In this document: one piece after another, positions 57,556 to 64,000 of the stretch | How the letters are laid out: the number at the start of each line of letters is the position of its first letter | Numbering within the stretch: position 1 is the stretch's first letter | NCBI GenBank assembly: GCA_038210985.1 | Contig: JBBQWB010000003.1 | Span: 465 to 64,464 of the forward strand | Length of the DNA: 64,000 nt | Direction: 5' to 3' | Source: Bacteroidales bacterium | Lineage (GTDB): Bacteria > Bacteroidota > Bacteroidia > Bacteroidales > WCHB1-69 | Program-made: the position numbers and the translations under genes | The notes under the pieces: model-generated | Database searches by the model: none | The model's input: the letters and a program-made list of their open reading frames with translations, nothing else | What the model was told of the DNA's origin: nothing

Positions 57556-59202
57556 ATGAAACGAACATTCACAGCAAACATAAACGGGTTGATTTTTCAT
57601 ATTGACGAAGACGCATACGAAAGACTTCAGTCATATATGCGTTCGATAAAAACTCATTTTTCGAATCAAGAAGGAACCGACGAAATAAGTTCCGATATAG
57701 AATCGAGGATAGCAGAACTTATGCAGCTTTTAATTTCGCCACAAAAACAGGTAATCACTATCGAAGATGTGGAGTCGATTATTAAGCAACTTGGCGAACC
57801 TCAAGAAATGAGCGATGAGGAACCTGCTAAAGAAGAAAAAAAAGAGGAAAAATCTCAATATTCAAACGTTGACAAACGTTTTTTTCGAGATCCCGATAAT
57901 AAAGCAATAAGTGGCGTTTGTAGTGGAATTGCAGCGTATTTTAATATCGACCCGGTAATTATTAGAATAATATTTGTTGTATTGTTTATTATTGGTGGAA
58001 GCTCTTTATGGGTTTATGTTATTTTGTGGATAGCTATTCCCGAAGCAAAAACTTCGGTTGAAAAACTACAGATGAAAGGCGAACAAGTGAACATCGACAA
58101 TATCGAAAAAAAAATCAAAGAAGAATTTAAAGGAATAGGTAAACGTATAAAAAATTACGGAAACGAAGCTTCGAACGCAATTCATAAAGCATCTAATAAA
58201 GTAAATCCTAAAACTGGAATCGAACGCTTTTTTTCATTTGTTTTAGATGCATTTGGACATGTTTTTAAAGCATTTGGAATTATATTAGGAATTATATTTA
58301 TTATGGTTGGTGTTTTTATACTAATAGGATTTATCTTTTCATTTTTGCGGGTGGATAACACCGTTTTTATCTCATCTATAGGCTTAACCAGTTTTTCTAT
58401 TCCTCAACTTATCGATGCGTTTATGGATAGTACTTCCGAAAAAAGTTTATTCATTGTTGGATTATTGATAACCGTTGGAGTTCCTCTTATCATGTTGATA
58501 TATAATGGAATGAAATTAATTTTTGGATGGCGTTTTGAAGTTCGTTTTTTGGGACTTTCAACCTTTTCAATCTGGATAGCAGGATTAATTTTTGTTGGTA
58601 TTGTAGCTTTTCGCATCGCTAGCGATTTTAGCAATAAAGGTGTAGAAATTAGCACTGTAAAAATGGACAGTCCTATCGGGAATACCATTTATTTAAAGGC
58701 TTTATCGAACGACGAAATAAATGGAATTAGTGCAAATAATACAAATTATTATACTGGCAGATGGAATATTGTGAATAATAAAAATTGTCAGATTTTATTT
58801 GGAATTCCTGAAATTACTGTTTTACAAAGCGAAACGAATGATTTTCAGCTTTGTATTTCAAGGTTTTCAAAAGGCCGAACCATAAAATACGCCAACGAAC
58901 GTGCAAAAGGGATTCATTTTGAATACATACAATCATCCGATACCCTTTTAATTTCGCCTTATTATCTATTAAAAGAAAACAGTATTTGGCGAAATCAGTA
59001 TTTAAAAATCAGCATTAAAGTTCCCAAGGGAAAATATCTTTTTATAGATGAAAGTTTGTCGCCTATTATTGGAGTAGATAAATTAAACGAAAACTTGCAT
59101 CCTTTTATTGGTCGAAAAATGGATATATCTCAAAATCCCGAATCGGGCGATAATGAAATAACAGAAAAAAGTGCGGGCGATAGTTTGAAAAAATCTAAAT
59201 AG
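57556..59202 (+). CDS. PspC domain-containing membrane protein
   Basis: IDEDAY..L..Y, DIESRIAE, RFFRDPDNKAISGVCSGIAAYFNID..IR, YVILWIAIPEA; multi-TM region plus C-terminal periplasmic domain. Confidence 0.92.
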   Translation: MKRTFTANINGLIFHIDEDAYERLQSYMRSIKTHFSNQEGTDEISSDIESRIAELMQLLISPQKQVITIEDVESIIKQLGEPQEMSDEEPAKEEKKEEKSQYSNVDKRFFRDPDNKAISGVCSGIAAYFNIDPVIIRIIFVVLFIIGGSSLWVYVILWIAIPEAKTSVEKLQMKGEQVNIDNIEKKIKEEFKGIGKRIKNYGNEASNAIHKASNKVNPKTGIERFFSFVLDAFGHVFKAFGIILGIIFIMVGVFILIGFIFSFLRVDNTVFISSIGLTSFSIPQLIDAFMDSTSEKSLFIVGLLITVGVPLIMLIYNGMKLIFGWRFEVRFLGLSTFSIWIAGLIFVGIVAFRIASDFSNKGVEISTVKMDSPIGNTIYLKALSNDEINGISANNTNYYTGRWNIVNNKNCQILFGIPEITVLQSETNDFQLCISRFSKGRTIKYANERAKGIHFEYIQSSDTLLISPYYLLKENSIWRNQYLKISIKVPKGKYLFIDESLSPIIGVDKLNENLHPFIGRKMDISQNPESGDNEITEKSAGDSLKKSK

Positions 59203-59216
59203 GAGTGAGGTTGTTT

Positions 59217-59346
59217 TGGAGGCTGAGCCTGTCGAAACCACTGAATGATATAGAAATTAATGTGATTTTTTTCTTTGGTGAATCAATCTCTGTTTCCGAT
59301 TTCGACGAGCTCAATCAGCGGTTGGAGGTTGAGCCTGTCGAAACCA
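59217..59346. repeat. REP-like family A cluster
   Basis: tggagg[c/t]tgagcctgtcgaaacca twice, with inverted gatttcgacgagctcaatca between. Confidence 0.8.
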
Positions 59347-59493
59347 CTAAATAAAAAAAATCATTAAAAAACTAAGTTATCAAACTAAAGGTGTCAATAA
59401 ATAAAACACTAATTAAACGTTTAAGCCTATAATTTTATGTAAACTTGCATACAATAAATTGACGTTTAAAAGCGTATTATTTAAAACCTATTT

Positions 59494-61515
59494 ATGAAGA
59501 AATTATCTTTTTTTCTGACGTTATTATTTATTTTTTTTTCTGCATTTGGTTATTCTCAAGACGATGATGAAACAGATAAAGCAGAAGAGGGTGGCTGTAA
59601 AACAAAACTCGAAAAACAAGTACAAAAAAAATACGATAAAGCTATTGCAGCTCGCAAAAAAGGAGACAGAGAAACCGCTAATGGATTATTTAAAGAAGTA
59701 ATAGAAATGGATCCCGAATTTGCAAATCCATATTATTTTTTAGGATTTTCGCTTATACGTGATATTGAAAATGGAAAAGGAAATGAAAAAACAATGACAG
59801 ATGCGATTGGCTATTTTGAAAAATGCTCCCAATTGTGTCCCGATTATAATATTTACGCATTTTTTTATGCCGGCAAGCTTTATTACACAATGGAGCAATA
59901 CGAAAAATCGATTATTCCTTTGAAAGAGTTTATGAAAGATAGAGATAAGATTAAAAACGAAGTGGATTTTGATGAAGCCGAAAGTATGGTTCGATGGTCT
60001 AAATTTTACGATGAAGCTTATCAGAACAAGGTTAACTTTAATCCTCAAATTGTAAAAGGAGTATCTTCAAAATATGATGATTACCTTTTTTGTTTAACTC
60101 CCGACCAGGAGATAATGTTTTTTTCGAGAAGAATTCCTCAAGACATTGATAAAACAGATGTTTATCAACAACAGCGAGATGTGGAGGTTTTTACTTTTAG
60201 TAATTTCGATTCAAAATCAAATTTGTATTCAAATGGTGAAGCTATGCCATATCCATTTAATCAAAGTCAAAACGAAGGAGGTGCAACTATTACCGTAAAT
60301 AACAAGTACATGGTTTTTGTCCGCTCGATTAAATTAATTGATGGATATTTGAACTCGGATTTATTTTATTCGGAGTTAAAAGGGGAAGATTGGACAGAGC
60401 CAACAATCTTGGGCAACGAAATAAACACCCCAAAAACATGGGAAACTATGCCAAGTATTAGTGCCGATGGGAAAACACTTTATTTTGTAAGTGATCGTCC
60501 TGGTGGTCAAGGTGGATATGATATTTATATGTCAACTCGAAAAAATAATGGAAATTGGGGAGTTCCGGTTAATTTAGGACCAACAATTAATACTCCAAAA
60601 AACGAAAAAACTCCATTTATACATTCGGATAGTCAAACTTTGTATTTTTCGTCGGATGGTCCCATGGGTTTTGGAGGATACGATATTTTTTATTCTCATA
60701 TTGATGAGAGTACAGGAAAATGGGTAACGCCGAAAAATATTGGTTTTCCAATAAATACCGAAAATGATGAAACTGGTTTTTTTGTGAGCATTGATGGAAG
60801 TAAAGGATATTTTGCCTCTAATATTGATTTGAGTACAAAGAAAACGGGCGATTGGAACTTATTTGAATTTGAAATGCCCGAATCGGCTCGACCACAAAAA
60901 GTAGTTTTAATTAAAGGAAATGTGAAAACCGAAACAGGTGATGTTATTGAAGCGAATGTAACAATAAAAAACACTGTTTCTAAGGCTATAACCGAAATTC
61001 CGATTGATACCTACGATGGTAATTATGCAACGGTTGCATTAATGAAAAACGATTACATTTTGACGGTGAAAAAGGAAGGTTATGCATATGAAACGCACTA
61101 TGTCGAAGCGAAAAAACCGGAAGCATTGGTAATTCAAAAAGTAAATATGGAAGTTAAGCCGATAGAGGTTGGGAAAAGTTACAATTTGAATGATATCTAT
61201 TTTACCACCGATAGTTATGAACTCACTTTTGAATCAAAATCGGTAGTTGATGATTTTATCGAATTTTTGAAAGAGAATAAAAGTATAAAAGTTGAAATAC
61301 AGGGACATACCGATAATGTTGGTTCTCCGACATATAACTTAACTCTTTCCGAAAATCGTGCAAAATCGGTGTACGATTATATTATTCAAAATGGTATTCC
61401 TGCCGACAGGATGAAATATAAAGGATATGGGCAAACAAAGCCAATTGAAGTAAATACAACCGAAGAAGGTCGAGCAAAAAATCGTAGAACAGTTTTCTTA
61501 ATTACTCAAAAATAA
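59494..61515 (+). CDS. OmpA-family protein with TPR, PD40 and CRD domains (PorE-like architecture, no lipobox)
   Basis: N-terminal TPR-like helices, PSISADGKTLYFVSDR, TPFIHSDSQTLYFSS, EIQGHTDNVG...N..LSENRAK.V, RAKNRRT. Confidence 0.9.
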   Translation: MKKLSFFLTLLFIFFSAFGYSQDDDETDKAEEGGCKTKLEKQVQKKYDKAIAARKKGDRETANGLFKEVIEMDPEFANPYYFLGFSLIRDIENGKGNEKTMTDAIGYFEKCSQLCPDYNIYAFFYAGKLYYTMEQYEKSIIPLKEFMKDRDKIKNEVDFDEAESMVRWSKFYDEAYQNKVNFNPQIVKGVSSKYDDYLFCLTPDQEIMFFSRRIPQDIDKTDVYQQQRDVEVFTFSNFDSKSNLYSNGEAMPYPFNQSQNEGGATITVNNKYMVFVRSIKLIDGYLNSDLFYSELKGEDWTEPTILGNEINTPKTWETMPSISADGKTLYFVSDRPGGQGGYDIYMSTRKNNGNWGVPVNLGPTINTPKNEKTPFIHSDSQTLYFSSDGPMGFGGYDIFYSHIDESTGKWVTPKNIGFPINTENDETGFFVSIDGSKGYFASNIDLSTKKTGDWNLFEFEMPESARPQKVVLIKGNVKTETGDVIEANVTIKNTVSKAITEIPIDTYDGNYATVALMKNDYILTVKKEGYAYETHYVEAKKPEALVIQKVNMEVKPIEVGKSYNLNDIYFTTDSYELTFESKSVVDDFIEFLKENKSIKVEIQGHTDNVGSPTYNLTLSENRAKSVYDYIIQNGIPADRMKYKGYGQTKPIEVNTTEEGRAKNRRTVFLITQK

Positions 61516-61630
61516 GGAACAATAAATAGTGTCTTTCTATAAAGTCCAATAACAACCTTATTTTTGAAAATTTCAATATAATATTTTCTTTATCTATATT
61601 TGTATTTTTATAATGTTTAGATATTAAATT

Positions 61631-62209
61631 ATAAAAAACTTTCGATTTTTTTTTATTGCAATGCCTTTAGTAATTGCATTAAGTACCCAAAATTCCATGG
61701 CTCAAAATTTAATATTTTATCGCTAGGGAAAGATTATTTTTTCAAGAATGATGCTTCAGTTTATGCAATTAAAGTTGATTCGTCTAAAGTGAATGAAGTG
61801 GGAGATACCACTTTTTATCAATTTAAAATGTCTCGGCAAGAAAACGTAATTATGAACAATTGTTTAGACTTTTATGGTGGCTCATTATATGGCAAACACA
61901 ACGTTTTTACTTCCGATAGTTCCTTTTTATTGTTTTCATACCTGAATGATACCATAGTTTTAAAACCTTTTGCCCAGATATATAGTTGTTGGAAAATGTT
62001 TAAATGGAACTTTCAAGATTTATTTATTGAAGTAGTAATTACCGACATTCTTTTATTCAAGTACTGGGAAATTAGTATTTTCAGAAATATTACCTACAAA
62101 TAAGTTGAGCGAAATTTCTGTGAATTCATTAAATGCAGGAATTTATTTTATTAAAGTACATTCAAAATCGGAAATGTATTTTAGCCGATTTGTAAAAATT
62201 AATTATTAG
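61631..62209 (+). pseudogene. Decayed, internally deleted T9SS type A cargo gene
   Basis: Signal-like segment (ATA in place of ATG) KNFRFFFIAMPLVIALSTQNSMAQN; frameshift near 61705; passenger fragment (track ORF 61789..62103); further shift(s); C-terminal half of a CTD (EISVNSLNAGIYFIKV..SRFVKINY*). Confidence 0.68.
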
Positions 62210-62213
62210 TTTT

Positions 62214-62894
62214 TTAAACCCATTTTCCCAGCCAAGTTTCGCGAGAATGAAGATGGGTTTTTAATAATTCTAGATATTCATCGCGTGAAATTGATTCGGC
62301 TCCCAAACTTTCGAGATGAGGTGTATGCATTTGGCAATCAACTAATCCAAATCCTTTTTCGGTAAGCCATTTACAAAGTGCATAAAAAGCAACTTTAGAA
62401 GCGTCGGTATCGGCATGAAACATGGATTCGCCAAAAAAGCAACCACCAATCGAAACACCATATATACCTCCAACTAAACGATTGCCAATAAATGTTTCGA
62501 CCGAGTGAGCAAAACCTAATTTATAGAGCTCTTTGTATGCTTTTCGCATGTCATTATTTATCCAAGTATCGGTTTGCTCATTGTGAGGTGTTTTTGCACA
62601 TGCATCAATAACACGGCTAAAAACACTGTCGAAACGAACATTGAATTTATTTGATTTTAAAACTCGTTTTAAACTTTTTGAACAATGAAATTTTGAGGGA
62701 TAAAGAATCATTCTAGGATCGGGTGACCACCACAAAATAGGATTTTCATTATACCAAGGGAAAATTCCGTTTATGTAAGCATACAATAGTCGTTTTGGAG
62801 ACAAATCACCTCCAATCGCCAATAATCCTTCAGATTCCGATTCGTTTGGATTGGGGAATAAGTAGTCGGTATCATTTAGTTGATATACCGGCAT
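62214..62894 (-). CDS. aat: Leucyl/phenylalanyl-tRNA--protein transferase
   Basis: GLLAIGGDL...LL.AY.NGIFPW, WWSPDPR, AHSVE, GGIYGV.IG..FFGESMF, DASKVAF, DCQ..TPHL.SLGA. Confidence 0.97.
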   Translation of the reverse strand: MPVYQLNDTDYLFPNPNESESEGLLAIGGDLSPKRLLYAYINGIFPWYNENPILWWSPDPRMILYPSKFHCSKSLKRVLKSNKFNVRFDSVFSRVIDACAKTPHNEQTDTWINNDMRKAYKELYKLGFAHSVETFIGNRLVGGIYGVSIGGCFFGESMFHADTDASKVAFYALCKWLTEKGFGLVDCQMHTPHLESLGAESISRDEYLELLKTHLHSRETWLGKWV

Positions 62895-62901
62895 TTTGTT
62901 G

Positions 62902-63513
62902 TTAGAAGTTTAAATTTAATTGTATTCGAGATGCCATAATTTCAATGGCTTGATGGTTTTCGCCACCTTGCGGAACTATAATATCGGCATAGCGTTTTGT
63001 GGGCTCAATAAAAGTAAGATGCATGGGTTTTACAAATTTTGTATAATGATCCAAAACTTGCTTCACATTTCGTCCGCGTTCAATAATATCTCGCTGAATA
63101 ATTCGCATTAGCCTGTCGTCGGAATCGGCATCTACAAATACTTTTATGTCCATTTTATCTCGCATTCGAGGATTGCTAAATGCCAAAATACCTTCGATAA
63201 TTACAACTGCTTGTGGTGCAATAGTAATAGTCTCTTTAGCCCTTCCACAAGTAATATACGAATAAATTGGCATATCGATTGGCTTGCCATTTTTCAAATC
63301 TTCAATATGGCGAATTAAAAGGTTAAACTCGAAGGATGATGGATGATCGAAATTTATTTTCAACTTATCTTCCTGACTTAAATGTCCGTTATCTTTGTAA
63401 TACGAGTCCAGATAAAGAACACTTACCGTGTTTTTTGGCAACCTTTTTACAATTTCTTTAACTACGGTTGTTTTACCTGAACCTGAACCACCTGCAATTC
63501 CAATTACTAGCAT
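62902..63513 (-). CDS. udk: Uridine kinase
   Basis: IGIAGGSGSGKTT, DSYY, NFDHP, IIEGIL, RDIIERGR, FIEPTKRYADII. Start set at ATG 63513 because a TATCTTTG box covers 63529-63536. Confidence 0.97.
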   Translation of the reverse strand: MLVIGIAGGSGSGKTTVVKEIVKRLPKNTVSVLYLDSYYKDNGHLSQEDKLKINFDHPSSFEFNLLIRHIEDLKNGKPIDMPIYSYITCGRAKETITIAPQAVVIIEGILAFSNPRMRDKMDIKVFVDADSDDRLMRIIQRDIIERGRNVKQVLDHYTKFVKPMHLTFIEPTKRYADIIVPQGGENHQAIEIMASRIQLNLNF

Positions 63514-63629
63514 GTGTATTTTTTTGAACAAAGATAAATCGAATAATGGATTAAAAAAAATATTTTAAAAAAAAATCAAAATTTGCAAAGCTCAATCGGC
63601 TTAACTATCTTTGAAAACTTTTATAAACG

Positions 63630-64000
63630 ATGACAAAAACAGAGCCCGAAGCAACAACTAAAACGCATCCAAAAAAATCATTTGCCAGAGGATTTTTAAT
63701 AACTCTTGCATCTTTGGTTTTTTCTGTTCCTATGGCGTTTTATGTTAATCGATATGTTCCTGTTTTTTATGTATTTGATTTTGAAGCCGATTTAATAGTT
63801 ACTTTTTTAATTGTATTTTTTATTGTATCGGCTGTTTTTGATAAATATCAAAAAATATCCTTGTTTATTATTTTAATTCTATTTGTTTATATTGGTCATA
63901 GGGTAGTAAAAAATGGATTTAAAGATATTGAGGGTATGTATAAGTCGTACTATATTTTACCCGAAAAAATTTCTTCTGGAAATGATATTAAAGAAGCTAG
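63630..64000 (+). CDS. Membrane protein, 3'-partial; absent from the ORF track
   Basis: ATG 63630 after a TATCTTTG box (63606-63613): MTKTEPEATT..RGFLITLASLVFSVPMAFYV.., three hydrophobic segments, open to the edge. Confidence 0.7.
   Translation, partial: MTKTEPEATTKTHPKKSFARGFLITLASLVFSVPMAFYVNRYVPVFYVFDFEADLIVTFLIVFFIVSAVFDKYQKISLFIILILFVYIGHRVVKNGFKDIEGMYKSYYILPEKISSGNDIKEA

Noticed and set aside
4227-61000. Numerous 60-125-aa track ORFs nested in or antisense to long genes
   Set aside because: Fully overlapped by well-supported CDSs, with no motifs; expected shadow ORFs.
59494-61515. Calling this gene porE
   Set aside because: The domain order matches, but there is no lipobox Cys, and Bacteroidota encode many such paralogs (another at 35209..36702).
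1-64000. tRNA, rRNA, transposase, integrase or prophage genes
   Set aside because: None recognisable by eye; a tRNAscan/Infernal run would be needed to exclude small structured RNAs formally.

Overview
AT-rich chromosomal segment of a Bacteroidota organism, most likely Bacteroidales. The evidence is TAnnTTTG -7 promoter boxes, A-rich leaders without Shine-Dalgarno sites, T9SS C-terminal domains, an alpha2-type GlyRS and a PG0541-type RND operon. Housekeeping content includes ruvB, asd, glyQS, htpG, aat, udk, a Na+-pumping methylmalonyl-CoA decarboxylase operon with mce, a TetR-TolC-MFP-RND efflux operon, PadR-PspC, thioredoxins, DPP-IV and a group II GGGP-synthase-family enzyme. Seven T9SS cargo loci are present: five intact and two decayed. 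Two of them are paralogous ~1320-aa papain-like proteases with a Dx[DN]xDG insert. One protease sits in an apparent operon with MBOAT/AlgJ-like/ArnT-like genes and a strongly divergent PGK-family kinase. Intergenic DNA is crowded with palindromic repeats, including a 163-bp MITE in two ~95% identical copies, each with a 6-bp target-site duplication (TAATTA, TAAGTA), and at least five REP-like families. No tRNA, rRNA, CRISPR array, transposase or prophage gene was seen. All calls come from reading the sequence by eye; no database searches were run.
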